DNA from: Marispirochaeta sp.
GTDB taxonomy: Bacteria > Spirochaetota > Spirochaetia > JC444 > Marispirochaetaceae
Assembly: GCA_963676835.2 (NCBI GenBank)
Contig: CAXXFF010000004.1
Coordinates: forward strand, 32,001-96,000
Reading direction: 5' to 3'
Length of the DNA stretch: 64,000 nucleotides
Below, piece after piece: positions 28,627 through 38,905 of the stretch (within the stretch, counting starts at the first letter, position 1; each line of letters starts with the position of its first letter). Below the pieces are notes generated by a model. The model did no database searches. It was not told the DNA's origin and was given only the letters and a program-made list of their open reading frames with translations. The position numbers and the translations under genes were made by a program.

Positions 28627-29877
28627 TTACTCTTCCTTAAGTTTCACAATGGAGAACAGCAAAGCTGGAAGAAGAGCCAGCGCCATCAGTGCAGGACCGA
28701 GACCGAAACGGTCAACTCCAAAGCCGAACACCGGGGAGATAACCGCTACCATAAGGGTTTTAAGCTGGCTTTCTCCGGAGAGCCCCGTCGCCATTACAGA
28801 GCCTTTAATTCTGTCACTCAGATAGCCCAGGGTTGCAGGCCTGCGGAGATTCTCCAGAAGATAAAAACAGATAAAAACCGCAACTGCCGCTGAATTGATT
28901 CCTGCGACAAGAAAAATCCCGATGCCCAGCACTGCAAAGATACCTGCAGCGTAGGTGGCATTCAGCCCGGCTATGGTAGATGAGAAAATAGAGTGAAAAA
29001 TGGATGCATGACTGCTGGCATAGGATGTCAGCAGGTAGAGCAGAAAATAGACCGCCCCTGATATAAGTGCCACCCGCTGATGACCTTCAAAGGCGGCAAG
29101 CAGAGGAAGAGTAAGAGCCAGCCCTTTCAATACAGGCTGTACATAATCCTTTACCGACTTGAATACAGCATCAAACAGGCTGGAATTGATGAGCGCCTTC
29201 CGTATTACCGGGTCTTTAAAAAGAGAAAGAAAACTCTGTATGGTTTTTTTAGCTTCTTTCCATCCCCGCTTTTCATCGTCATCACAGGCGGCCTCGTCGC
29301 AGGAGAAATCAAGTTCTTTGGGGTAGCTGATAATTAAGAGCATATCACCCAGATAGGGAATGATACTCCAGAGAAAAACAGAGCGGAAGCTGCCGGAAAA
29401 AAAGACAAGCAGGGCCGCAATAAGAGCAGAAAACGCCGACCCCAGCTGTGACCAGCCGCGGGTATGACCGTAGTATGCAACCTTCTGATCCGTCATATCA
29501 TGCATCTTCAGGTATTCCATGATCATGGCCTTATGAGTACCGGAACGGAAACTTTCACCCAGAGCAAACAGAACCATGGCTGTTAGATAGAAAAGAAAGG
29601 AAGGAAAGAAGTAGAAGATAAGGAAACTGCCAATATAGCTTATAAAGGAGAAGATCATGGCACTGCGGCGGCCCAGGGTATCTGCGACAACCCCGGTGGG
29701 AATCTCCGTTACATTGGTGATAATTTCCCTTACAGAGTAGAGAATACCAATCTCAAAAAAGCTGATACCCATTTCCCGGAAAAAGAGCACCAGAAAAGGG
29801 TCAAAAAACTGAAGATTTTTTAAAAAACCATAAAAGGAAAACTTCCAGTACTGCAGATCTTTTCTGAATTCGCCCAT
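28627..29877 (-). CDS. MFS transporter
   Basis: About 12 hydrophobic segments; EIPTGVVADTLGRR motif A. Confidence 0.9.
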   Translation of the reverse strand: MGEFRKDLQYWKFSFYGFLKNLQFFDPFLVLFFREMGISFFEIGILYSVREIITNVTEIPTGVVADTLGRRSAMIFSFISYIGSFLIFYFFPSFLFYLTAMVLFALGESFRSGTHKAMIMEYLKMHDMTDQKVAYYGHTRGWSQLGSAFSALIAALLVFFSGSFRSVFLWSIIPYLGDMLLIISYPKELDFSCDEAACDDDEKRGWKEAKKTIQSFLSLFKDPVIRKALINSSLFDAVFKSVKDYVQPVLKGLALTLPLLAAFEGHQRVALISGAVYFLLYLLTSYASSHASIFHSIFSSTIAGLNATYAAGIFAVLGIGIFLVAGINSAAVAVFICFYLLENLRRPATLGYLSDRIKGSVMATGLSGESQLKTLMVAVISPVFGFGVDRFGLGPALMALALLPALLFSIVKLKEE

Positions 29878-29932
29878 AGAGGTGGATAATATGCCAAAGA
29901 AAAGAGTTGATCAAGAAAGAAGGACCCACCTG

Positions 29933-30874
29933 TTATTCCGGTGGCAACTCTTTGTTCTGCTCTTTCTTGCGGGGAAAAACAAAAAAGAAAATAATTGCAC
30001 CGGCAATAAGGGCCATTCCGGCGGCAACAGGCCACGAAGGGGTGTCTCCGGGAATAAGCAGCCAGCTTAAGCCCGCACCGCCCACGGGTATAAGAAACTG
30101 CCAGAGCCCGATAAGCGAGACTTTTTCCCCCCTCACCGAAAGGAGGTGATACCAGATGGAAAAGGCCGTGGCGGACAGAAAACCGAGATAGATAAGGGTA
30201 TACCAGAATTCAGGCTGAAGAGGAAAAACAAATGATCCCTCAATAAAACGGGAAAGCAGGAGCAGCGTTACCCCGCCGGCAATAAACTGGGACGAGGTAA
30301 GCACCATGGCGTTTATACTGCCCCTGGTGCGGTAGACAAGCACATGACCGATTACACCGGAAAAGGAGGCACCCAGCATCAGCAGCACACCGATGAGCTC
30401 GGAACCGCCGAATACACCGGACGGGCTGTTTCGGGTAAGACTTATCAGAAGAATCCCTGTAAAACCTATGCACAGGCTTATTATCATGGGAAAACTCATT
30501 TTATCATCTTTCAGCATTATATGAGCTGCCAGAGCCGCCCAGAGAGGCATCATGCCGTTAACAACCGCCCCGACGGACCCGGGTACAAGCTTCAGGGAGA
30601 GGAAAAAGAAGGCATAATAGAGAGAGGTCTGAAACAGTGATATTTTGAGTACCAACAGGAGGTTGCGGCCTGTTTCGCGAATAAATGAGGCCTGAACCAC
30701 CGCCGAGGGAACAAGAATTATCCCGGCCAGAAGAAACCGGATTCCCGCAAAAAAGAGGGGCGGTGCATAATTAAGACCGGTCTTAACCCCGGCAAAGGCG
30801 CTGGACCAGAGAAGACAGGCAAAAACAGCAAGAGTCCAGGAGGGAATCATCCATCCTTTCTTGGAAGAGGACAT
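29933..30874 (-). CDS. DMT/EamA family transporter
   Basis: LWSSAF, PPLFFAGIRF; two 5-TM repeats. Confidence 0.9.
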   Translation of the reverse strand: MSSSKKGWMIPSWTLAVFACLLWSSAFAGVKTGLNYAPPLFFAGIRFLLAGIILVPSAVVQASFIRETGRNLLLVLKISLFQTSLYYAFFFLSLKLVPGSVGAVVNGMMPLWAALAAHIMLKDDKMSFPMIISLCIGFTGILLISLTRNSPSGVFGGSELIGVLLMLGASFSGVIGHVLVYRTRGSINAMVLTSSQFIAGGVTLLLLSRFIEGSFVFPLQPEFWYTLIYLGFLSATAFSIWYHLLSVRGEKVSLIGLWQFLIPVGGAGLSWLLIPGDTPSWPVAAGMALIAGAIIFFFVFPRKKEQNKELPPE

Positions 30875-30982
30875 ATCTGCTCCCCGGATATAGAATAGGT
30901 ATCAAACGTCCTGATCATAAAGCAAGGGTGATACAAATACAATCTCCCATCAGGATCTCTTATATAAAGCATATTTTGGGTG

Positions 30983-32443
30983 TTAAAGCAGTGGAGCAAT
31001 TATTCTGAAAAAAGAATTTCGAAGTCGGCCTGCTACGCCCAGACGGACAATATCCGCATCTTCAATTTTCCTGCACATGGGCAGAAACTCATTAAACTGC
31101 CTGATAAGTCCTGCAGCTACTTCTTCATCGTAAAAAAAAGCGTTCAACTCATAATCGAGGTGAAAACTGCGGACGTCCATATTGCAGCTTCCAATGGTGG
31201 CAATGGATGCATCTGCCACCAGGGTTTTGGCATGAAAAAAACCTGCTTCGTAGAGATAGATATTAACCCCGGCTTCAAGAAGTTCCTCGAAATAGGTATG
31301 GGCTACCCAGAAGGGTATCCGCTTGTCGGGAACCCCGGTCATCATCAGGTTAACCTCTACACCCGACAAAGCTGCTGTGGTAAGACTGTTTATAATAGTT
31401 GCTTCCGGAACAAAATAGGGGCTTTGGATGTGTATCTGCTGATTGGCATTATGGATCAGGTTGGCATACATCATCCTCAGGTTGTGCCAGTCCGAATCGG
31501 GACCGCTGCAGACAATCTGGGTAGGCAGTATTTTCGTTTTATCCTGTACATGTTCGGGAAAAAACCGGGGATCCTGCACCATGCCGCCGCCGGAGTTATA
31601 CCAGTCGGAGAGAAACACCGCCTGCATCAGCTGTACCGATTCCCCTTCCAGCTTTATGTGAGTATCCTGCCAGCGGTCGAAGGCCTTTCCGCCGGTTACA
31701 TACTCAATCCCAACGTTCATACCGCCGGTATAGCCGATTTTTCCGTCGATAATGGTAATCTTGCGGTGATTCCGGTAGTTGAGCAGACGGCCAGAGAGAA
31801 CATTCATGGGATCGAGAAAATACCGGGTTTCTATTCCGGCTTTTTTAAGGTTCCGTTTGAATTTCCTGCTCATTTTGCGGAAACATCCGACGCCGTCGAA
31901 AAGCAGACGGACCTTTACCCCTTCCGCTGTTTTACGTACCAGAATATCCCGGATCCTTCTGCCCAGATCATCGGAACGGAAGATATACACCTCCATATGA
32001 ATGGAATCACGGGCATTTTCCAGCTCAGCGCATAGATCCTCAAAGAAGTCCTCTCCCTCGAAAAAGGGGGTTATGTGATTATTCAGGGTGATTATGGATT
32101 TGCCGGCCTGGAGAGCAAGGTTGATAGATTTGGCCATATCATTGTCGATCTTCTCCCAGTCATCCTTCAGAAAGTCCACCTGCTGACGCAGAATGGGCCC
32201 GAGAAGGTCCTGAAAGGTTTTCTCCGGAAGCATCTTCATAATTTTCCGACGCTTCCAGTTGACGCCTCCCAGGAGATACATAACCGCACCGGCATAGGGA
32301 AGAAAATATATGGCCAGAAGCCAGGCTATAGAGACCTCCGGAGCTTTATTATCCAGAAGAATTCTGATGGTAAGAACGACAACAAAGGCGATATATAAAA
32401 ATAACAAAACAGATGCGGAGGTAAATAAACCTAAAACCGTCAT
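30983..32443 (-). CDS. cls: Cardiolipin synthase
   Basis: Two HKD motifs (RNHRKITIID, FHAKTLVAD), two N-terminal TM helices, SPYFVP. Confidence 0.95.
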   Translation of the reverse strand: MTVLGLFTSASVLLFLYIAFVVVLTIRILLDNKAPEVSIAWLLAIYFLPYAGAVMYLLGGVNWKRRKIMKMLPEKTFQDLLGPILRQQVDFLKDDWEKIDNDMAKSINLALQAGKSIITLNNHITPFFEGEDFFEDLCAELENARDSIHMEVYIFRSDDLGRRIRDILVRKTAEGVKVRLLFDGVGCFRKMSRKFKRNLKKAGIETRYFLDPMNVLSGRLLNYRNHRKITIIDGKIGYTGGMNVGIEYVTGGKAFDRWQDTHIKLEGESVQLMQAVFLSDWYNSGGGMVQDPRFFPEHVQDKTKILPTQIVCSGPDSDWHNLRMMYANLIHNANQQIHIQSPYFVPEATIINSLTTAALSGVEVNLMMTGVPDKRIPFWVAHTYFEELLEAGVNIYLYEAGFFHAKTLVADASIATIGSCNMDVRSFHLDYELNAFFYDEEVAAGLIRQFNEFLPMCRKIEDADIVRLGVAGRLRNSFFRIIAPLL

Positions 32444-32537
32444 GCCATCTCTCCCTGCGCTATTGTACCATCATGACCTGCCCATGGACACTATATTTCT
32501 TTTGACAAGATACTGCCAGTACAGGCATACTTTATTC

Positions 32538-33053
32538 ATGGTGCGAATCGACAAGCTGGATATACAAGACCGCAACCCTCTCTACATGTCCAGCCACCCC
32601 CTGGATGGGGTAGAGCAGACAAGCAGATTTCAGACCCGTCTTGATGAGTTTATTTTTACCCTGGGAAGCATGAATATCCGTCTGGTTACAGTACTGCTGC
32701 CCACCCCGGAAATGGATCGAACCTACGGGGGCATAGATCTCTTGAAAACCTACCGCAATGCCGGCCTGGATGTGATCCATTATCCCCTTGAAAACTTCAG
32801 TACCCCGGACAGCATGGAACCCTTCGATCTTCTGATGGACCAGCTCAGCGAGCGCCTCATTTCAGAAAGTATCCTTATTCACTGCCAGACCGGCTGCGGT
32901 AGAACCGCAGTTGTCGCTGCCGGGGTTCTTATCAAGCTGGGAGAATCCGCGCCGAAAGCAATCAGCAGAGTCCACGAAGCCCGTCCTAGCCTGAAACCGA
33001 CCATCAATCAGATTCATTTTTTAAGAAATTACAGTAAAAATCCTGCAGCTTAG
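32538..33053 (+). CDS. Dual-specificity/tyrosine protein phosphatase
   Basis: HCQTGCGRT (CX5R); start moved to ATG 32538 behind TTGACA-18-CATACT. Confidence 0.85.
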   Translation: MVRIDKLDIQDRNPLYMSSHPLDGVEQTSRFQTRLDEFIFTLGSMNIRLVTVLLPTPEMDRTYGGIDLLKTYRNAGLDVIHYPLENFSTPDSMEPFDLLMDQLSERLISESILIHCQTGCGRTAVVAAGVLIKLGESAPKAISRVHEARPSLKPTINQIHFLRNYSKNPAA

Positions 33054-33113
33054 GGAATCTCCGCCCTTGACGCTATATATATTTATATCTATATATAGAA
33101 TGCCGGAGGCACC

Positions 33114-33710
33114 ATGAAGCTTAAGCAGAGCAAAAGATTTCTTGCCCTTATTACCTTTGTCTATTTTCTACTTCCTTTTATCCATATCGGTCTCGCTCTT
33201 GCGGGCCTCGTCTGTATGGCTTTTCCCTTTATTCTGCTCTACCGCCACAATCGCTTAAGCTGGTGTTGCTCCTATTGTCCGAGGGCTCAGCTGCTCTCCT
33301 CTATCCGCATCCGCAAAACACTTCCCTCGGTACCGGAAATGCTGAAAAAAGAAAAAGGCGCAAAGATTCGGGGTATGGTGCTGAATTATTTTTGCCTGAA
33401 CCTGATGTTTATACTTGTCTCATCCGTTATGGTTGCAGCAGGGTCCATGGCTCCCATAGACAGGATTCGCCTGTTCATTGTATTTGAACTTCCTTTTCAT
33501 ATTCCCCAGCTGTTAAGCAGCCCGGTTCTGCCGCCTGTGCTGCTCCATCTCTCCTACAGAATCTATTCCATCATGACCAGCTCCCTTATTGCAGGCATTG
33601 CCCTCGCCCTGCTGTACCGGCCAAGAACATGGTGCGCGGTCTGTCCGGTAAATACCCTCTCAAAACGTATACTGGAGATAAAACTCCTACACGAGGGTGC
33701 GCATAAGTAA
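33114..33710 (+). CDS. Membrane 4Fe-4S binding protein (Fer4_5/NapH-like)
   Basis: WCCSYCP and RTWCAVCP motifs, TM helices, GGAGG RBS. Confidence 0.8.
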   Translation: MKLKQSKRFLALITFVYFLLPFIHIGLALAGLVCMAFPFILLYRHNRLSWCCSYCPRAQLLSSIRIRKTLPSVPEMLKKEKGAKIRGMVLNYFCLNLMFILVSSVMVAAGSMAPIDRIRLFIVFELPFHIPQLLSSPVLPPVLLHLSYRIYSIMTSSLIAGIALALLYRPRTWCAVCPVNTLSKRILEIKLLHEGAHK

Positions 33711-33718
33711 TTTTTTCC

Positions 33719-33790
33719 TACATTTTGGTCACCTCAATACACATACTTACCATAAATGTAACTAAAGCAATAATTATTACATTTTGGTAA
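33719..33790. promoter_or_regulatory. Repeated/inverted sites upstream of amt (candidate enhancer)
   Basis: TACATTTTGGT at 33719 and 33778; near-inverted TTACCATAAATGTAA at 33747. Confidence 0.55.
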
Positions 33791-33861
33791 ACGTCGATAA
33801 TTTATTACCAATAAAAGAATTATAGAGTCTCTTCTTATGACTGTTTCATTTATGTACATAA

Positions 33862-33876
33862 TGGCATGAATATTGC
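33862..33876 (+). promoter_or_regulatory. Sigma54 (-24/-12) promoter of amt-glnK
   Basis: TGGCATGAATATTGC = GG-N10-GC. Confidence 0.8.
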
Positions 33877-33909
33877 TTGATTTTTAGCATCACAACTCTG
33901 GAGGAAATA

Positions 33910-35253
33910 GTGATTAAAAACTCAAGCAACGGCAGGATGAAAGCCCTCGTAGTCCTGCTTCTTATGGCTGTAACAGCAGGGGGATCCCTCTACGCCCAGT
34001 CCGCTGAAGACTGGGAAACAATCCGGGTAGGACTGGATACCGTATGGGTACTGCTGGCAGCATTTCTCGTGTTCTTTATGCAGGCCGGATTCGGCATGGT
34101 TGAAGCCGGATTTATCCGGGCAAAAAATACAGCAAACATCCTTACCAAAAACTTCCTGGACTTCTGCATGGCGTCCATTGCCTTCTTCCTTGTTGGATAC
34201 GGGCTGATGTTCGGCGATGGTAACGGATTTCTCGGAATGACCGGTTTCTTTATGGTTGGTGCAGAAAGCGGCGCAGACGTGCCTCTTTATGCCTTCTGGC
34301 TCTTTCAGGCGGCATTTACCGGCGCCGCCGCAACCATCGTAGCCGGCGGTATGGCGGAACGGATGAAGTTCCCCGCGTATCTTATCTACTCGTTTATTAT
34401 CAGCGCAGTTGTATACCCCATTATCGGCCACTGGGTATGGGGCGGAGGCTGGCTTGCCTCCATGAACTTTGCAGACTTTGCCGGTTCAGGTGTAGTTCAT
34501 ACCACCGGAGGTGTTGCTGCCCTGGTAGGAACCATGATGCTTAAGCCCAGAATCGGTAAATACCGGGCAGACGGTGAGGCAAACGTTCTGGGAAGTCACA
34601 ACATTCCCATAGCCGCCCTGGGTGTATTTATTCTCTGGTTCGGCTGGTTCGGATTCAACCCCGGTTCAACCCTCGGTGTAGGCGATGGAACCGCCATCTC
34701 CCTGGTTGCCATCAATACCAACCTCGCAGCAGCAACCGGTGCTATCGCAGCCATGGTCACCGTTTGGATCAGAGTCGGCAAACCCGACCTCTCCATGATC
34801 ATGAACGGTGCGCTTGCAGGTCTGGTAGCCATCACAGCACCCTGTGCATTCGTTTCTCCGGTTTCCGCGATTATCATCGGTGGTATCGGCGGCGTTCTGG
34901 TTGTCTTTGCAACCTTCACCCTTGACGATCTGAAGATTGATGACCCGGTTGGTGCATTTCCCGTTCATGGCGTTAACGGTATCTGGGGAGTAATCGCTGT
35001 TGGTCTTTTCGGCCGTGAGGCACTTGGTCTTGCCGGCGAAGGACTCCTTTTCGGCGGCGGCTTTTCCCAGTTAGGCATACAGCTTCTCGGCGCAGTATCC
35101 ATTGCCGCCTTCTCTTTCACCGCTATGGGTCTGGTGTTCTTTGTAATCAAGAAAACCATCGGACTTCGGGTCAGTGAAGTTGAAGAGAGCCGGGGACTCG
35201 ACATCGGAGAACACGGTGTGGAATCCTACAATGGTTTCCAGATCATCGAGTAG
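33910..35253 (+). CDS. amt: Ammonium transporter
   Basis: FFMQAGF, GGMAER, WVWGGGWL, DFAGSGVVH, WFGWFGFNPGS, DDPVGAFPVHG; GTG start after GGAGGA. Confidence 0.96.
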   Translation: MIKNSSNGRMKALVVLLLMAVTAGGSLYAQSAEDWETIRVGLDTVWVLLAAFLVFFMQAGFGMVEAGFIRAKNTANILTKNFLDFCMASIAFFLVGYGLMFGDGNGFLGMTGFFMVGAESGADVPLYAFWLFQAAFTGAAATIVAGGMAERMKFPAYLIYSFIISAVVYPIIGHWVWGGGWLASMNFADFAGSGVVHTTGGVAALVGTMMLKPRIGKYRADGEANVLGSHNIPIAALGVFILWFGWFGFNPGSTLGVGDGTAISLVAINTNLAAATGAIAAMVTVWIRVGKPDLSMIMNGALAGLVAITAPCAFVSPVSAIIIGGIGGVLVVFATFTLDDLKIDDPVGAFPVHGVNGIWGVIAVGLFGREALGLAGEGLLFGGGFSQLGIQLLGAVSIAAFSFTAMGLVFFVIKKTIGLRVSEVEESRGLDIGEHGVESYNGFQIIE

Positions 35254-35265
35254 GGAGGCAGATAG

Positions 35266-35607
35266 ATGAAATTAGTAACAGCAATGATCAAACCCCAGAA
35301 ACTTGAAGACGTAAAGAAAGCACTCTTTGAGGCAGGGGTTCATAAGATGACAGTAACCTCAGTTCAGGGATGCGGCCAGCAGAGGGGCTACACAGAAACA
35401 TTCCGCGGAGCCATAACTGAAATCAATCTGCTGAAGAAAATCCGGCTGGACATCGCGGTTAACGAAGATTTCGTGGAAACTACCATCGACGCTATCTGTA
35501 ACGGTGCCTATACCGGAGAAATCGGCGACGGAAAGATCTTCGTCACAACTCTGGAAGAGTGTGTTCGCATAAGAACCCGGGAACGGGGTCACGACGCAAT
35601 CGGATAG
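35266..35607 (+). CDS. glnK: P-II nitrogen regulatory protein
   Basis: [32 protein letters not shown]; follows amt. Confidence 0.93.
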   Translation: MKLVTAMIKPQKLEDVKKALFEAGVHKMTVTSVQGCGQQRGYTETFRGAITEINLLKKIRLDIAVNEDFVETTIDAICNGAYTGEIGDGKIFVTTLEECVRIRTRERGHDAIG

Positions 35608-35628
35608 TATTGTTTATACTCACTTTTG

Positions 35629-35654
35629 ACCCGGGCTGCGGCCCGGGCTTTTTT
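35629..35654 (+). terminator. Intrinsic terminator
   Basis: CCCGGGC-TGCG-GCCCGGG plus T-run. Confidence 0.85.
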
Positions 35655-35699
35655 ATGTTTGCACAATTTATTTTTGGATAGAGTAGCAAGGTGGCATCA

Positions 35700-35732
35700 C
35701 TGGAGTCTGGTTGTAAATCAACCAGACTCCAG
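35700..35732. repeat. Perfect 14-bp inverted repeat
   Basis: CTGGAGTCTGGTTG-TAAAT-CAACCAGACTCCAG. Confidence 0.8.
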
Positions 35733-35821
35733 CTATACCGTATGAGGAGGCTTGCATTTTTTTACAAGCTCTAAAAACATGGAGCACTGATAGTTAAACG
35801 TTTCACCTATCGGCAAAAAAT

Positions 35822-36766
35822 TTACAGGCTTTCTTTTACAGCTTTGATAATAGCCTCGACAGTAATACCATAAGTTTGCTTAAGCTCCTCAGGCAAGCCT
35901 GATTGTGTATATTTACTCTCTACTGCTACTCTTTTCAACTTTATCGGATAAGTAGTTGCGGTAACCTCAGCAATCGCGGACCCTAATCCACCGTTATAAT
36001 AATGTTCTTCAACACTTACCAGAAACTTTGTCTTTTTTGCCAGATCAACTACCATATCTGTGTCAAATGGATTAAGCGAAGGCACATCGACCAAAGTAGT
36101 ATTAATACCTTCTTTTTGTAATTCCTCACAGGCGACAATAGATTCATACACAGGAAAACCAGTTGCAAAAATAACTGCATCATATCCAAATTCATGAATA
36201 ATATTGGATTTTCCTATCTCAAATTCGTACGTTTCTTCATCAAAAATTACCGGCGTAGAATCACGTCCGATACGTATATAAGCCGGACCATCATGTAAGG
36301 CCGCTGCTCGTACCGCTTTCCTGGTTGCAATTGCATCAGCTGGATTCAACAGACATACATTTGGAATAGATCGAATAATACCCAAATCTTCAAGCGCGGT
36401 ATGAGTAACGCCCTCTATTCCTGCAGAAAATCCACCCAGTCCTGCTACCACCTTAACATTAAGGTTTGGGTATGCCACAAAACTTCTCAACTGCTCCAAA
36501 CTTCTCATAGATGTAAACGCAGAGTAAGAAGCAGCAAAAACAATCTTGCCATCACTTGCCATACCTGCAGCTGTCATTATCATGTTTTGTTCCGCAATCC
36601 CTACATCCAGCGCTCTTTCCGGATAATCAGCATATAAGGCACTTATCCCCATAGATTTGGATGTATCTGCACCAATTCCATAAACATTAAATCCATCTCG
36701 TGCAAGTTGTAAAAGCTCTTCTCCAAAGGCTTCTCTTGTGTTTCTCATTTCTTGATTTTCAATCAT
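35822..36766 (-). CDS. Transketolase, C-terminal subunit
   Basis: GIAEQNM, RSLEQLR, EGVTH, GPAYIR, VEEH. Confidence 0.92.
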   Translation of the reverse strand: MIENQEMRNTREAFGEELLQLARDGFNVYGIGADTSKSMGISALYADYPERALDVGIAEQNMIMTAAGMASDGKIVFAASYSAFTSMRSLEQLRSFVAYPNLNVKVVAGLGGFSAGIEGVTHTALEDLGIIRSIPNVCLLNPADAIATRKAVRAAALHDGPAYIRIGRDSTPVIFDEETYEFEIGKSNIIHEFGYDAVIFATGFPVYESIVACEELQKEGINTTLVDVPSLNPFDTDMVVDLAKKTKFLVSVEEHYYNGGLGSAIAEVTATTYPIKLKRVAVESKYTQSGLPEELKQTYGITVEAIIKAVKESL

Positions 36767-36767
36767 C

Positions 36768-37607
36768 CTATGCTCCTAACATTTTCAAGGCGCTATCATG
36801 TTCCTCTTTTGTGATGGAACGCTGATGCCAGGAATTATCGCCCTCCATAAAACTAACACCTTTGCCTTTAATGGTATGTGCAATAATCGCCTTTGGTCTC
36901 TCATTCTTATCCTGCTTAACCGCTTCAACTGTTGAAACTATCTCCGCCATGTCATGTCCATCTATCTCTACGACATCAAATCCAAATGCACCAAAACGAC
37001 TACCTATTGATTCACAGGGTAAAATATCATCACAGCTGCCAGAACTCTGCAAACTATTATTGTCAATTATTGCAACCAAATTATCTAGTTTATACTTTGA
37101 TGCACAGGCAGCCGACTCCCAGATTATTCCTTCATTTAATTCTCCGTCACCAATGACTACATACACTTGGGAATCTCGTTGATCCTTCTTAGCTGAGATG
37201 GCCATACCTACTCCCGCACCAAGCCCATTACCAAGCGAGCCGGCAGTCATATCAATTCCCGGCGTTTTTTTCATATCCGGATGCCCCTGTAGAATACTGC
37301 CAATATGTCTAATTTTTGAAAGGTAGCTACCAGAAAAGAATCCTAAATCCGCAAGAATAGCATATACAGACAAAATGCCATGACCTTTAGAAACGATAAC
37401 ACGATCACGATCTAGCCACTGAGGATTTGAAGGATCGACCTTTATACACTGGTAATATAAAGCTACCGCGATATCTGCATAAGACAGAGCAGGTCCTATA
37501 TGAATTTTTCTTTCAGGACCGGATTCATAACCGGCTGTAATACAGCTTCTACGTATTTCAACCGCTTTTGCTCTTAATAGTTCTAATTGAGATTCTTCAA
37601 TCTTCAT
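36768..37607 (-). CDS. Transketolase, N-terminal subunit
   Basis: SKGH, LQGHPD, GSLGNG, GDGELNEG, HTIKGKG; AAGGAGG RBS before ATG 37607. Confidence 0.92.
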   Translation of the reverse strand: MKIEESQLELLRAKAVEIRRSCITAGYESGPERKIHIGPALSYADIAVALYYQCIKVDPSNPQWLDRDRVIVSKGHGILSVYAILADLGFFSGSYLSKIRHIGSILQGHPDMKKTPGIDMTAGSLGNGLGAGVGMAISAKKDQRDSQVYVVIGDGELNEGIIWESAACASKYKLDNLVAIIDNNSLQSSGSCDDILPCESIGSRFGAFGFDVVEIDGHDMAEIVSTVEAVKQDKNERPKAIIAHTIKGKGVSFMEGDNSWHQRSITKEEHDSALKMLGA

Positions 37608-37627
37608 TATTTCCTCCTTAATCTGGA

Positions 37628-38905
37628 TCAATGAAAAAGTAAATTAGGTAAGAATGTAGTAAGTGGCGGAAAAACAATTTCTAAAAGCAATACAAAAAGT
37701 TCGCAAATCAGAAAGGGGATACATGCCGTAAAAGCTGTATGTACTTTTGTTTCAGCAATATAACTGGAAATAATAAGTGTTGTACCTACTGGAGGTGTAT
37801 ATAAACCTACTGCCAGAGAAGTTATCAGAACAAGTCCGTAATGAACAGGATCGATCCCGATACTAACAACCATCGGCGTAAAGACTGATCCAAGAAGTAT
37901 TAATGCAGGTGTCACATCAATAAACATTCCTACCAACAGACCTATACCAGAAATAAACAGTAATATTACAGTTTGGTGCTTAAGAACATCGACACTCCAT
38001 GCTGCAATAGCTTGAGGTATGAAATTATATGAAAGAAAATACGAAATGATTGAAGCCGTTGAAATAATCAGCAAGACAATTGATGTTTGTATACCTGTTT
38101 CAATAAAGATATTTTTTAGGTGTTTAAATTTTATTTCTTTATAGAAAAAAACACCAAATATAAAAGAATAGGCAACAGCAATAACAGCGGCCTCAGTAGG
38201 CGTAAATACACCAAAAATAATACCACCTATAATAAGCACCGGCATAATAACTGCTGGTATGCAATTTAATATTGTCAGCAAAGCTTCTTTTACAGTATAA
38301 CTTTCTTCAGATTTAGGATATTCCCGATGATAAGCAATTATCAATGACACACCAAGCATCGAAAGTCCCACAAGTAGACCTGGAAAAGCCCCTCCAAGAA
38401 AAAGATCTCGAATAGATATCGAAGCAGTAGCTCCAAGCAATACCATTGGGATACTAGGCGGTATTATTATTCCAATAGTAGAAGAGGTTGCGTTTATCGC
38501 TGCAGAATATTCACTGCTATATCCTTGCTTTTTCATCGCGGGAATAAGTATTGAGCCTATGCCAGAGGCATCAGCAACAGAAGAACCAGAAATTCCAGCA
38601 AAAACCATACTTGCCACAATTGAAACAGAGGCAAGGCCTCCACGCATAAACCCGACTAAAATATTTGAAAAATCCAGTAGTTTCTGAGTTAACCCACCAG
38701 TGTTCATTAAACTACCAGCAAGAATAAAAAACGGTATTGCCATTAAAGGAAAAGAATCCACACCGGCAAACATTCTCTGGATAAGTGCTGTAAGGGGTAT
38801 TGTCGACTGAAAATTCATGAGATAGAAACCGGCATAAGCCAGAACAAACGCAATAGGTAACCCCAAGAAAAGTAGACCAAAAACTATAACAAACGCCAAT
38901 ATCAT
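37628..38905 (-). CDS. dctM: TRAP transporter large permease
   Basis: SFPLMAIPFFILAG, GISGSSVAD, IIPPSIP, FTPTEAA, TPPVG. Confidence 0.94.
   Translation of the reverse strand: MILAFVIVFGLLFLGLPIAFVLAYAGFYLMNFQSTIPLTALIQRMFAGVDSFPLMAIPFFILAGSLMNTGGLTQKLLDFSNILVGFMRGGLASVSIVASMVFAGISGSSVADASGIGSILIPAMKKQGYSSEYSAAINATSSTIGIIIPPSIPMVLLGATASISIRDLFLGGAFPGLLVGLSMLGVSLIIAYHREYPKSEESYTVKEALLTILNCIPAVIMPVLIIGGIIFGVFTPTEAAVIAVAYSFIFGVFFYKEIKFKHLKNIFIETGIQTSIVLLIISTASIISYFLSYNFIPQAIAAWSVDVLKHQTVILLFISGIGLLVGMFIDVTPALILLGSVFTPMVVSIGIDPVHYGLVLITSLAVGLYTPPVGTTLIISSYIAETKVHTAFTACIPFLICELFVLLLEIVFPPLTTFLPNLLFH

Noticed and set aside
33071..33098. ModE box
   Set aside because: The left half CGCTATATA fits, but spacing and the right half do not, and no modE is seen
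33877..33909. TTG start for amt from the ORF track
   Set aside because: It abuts the sigma54 -12 element; GTG 33910 has a proper RBS
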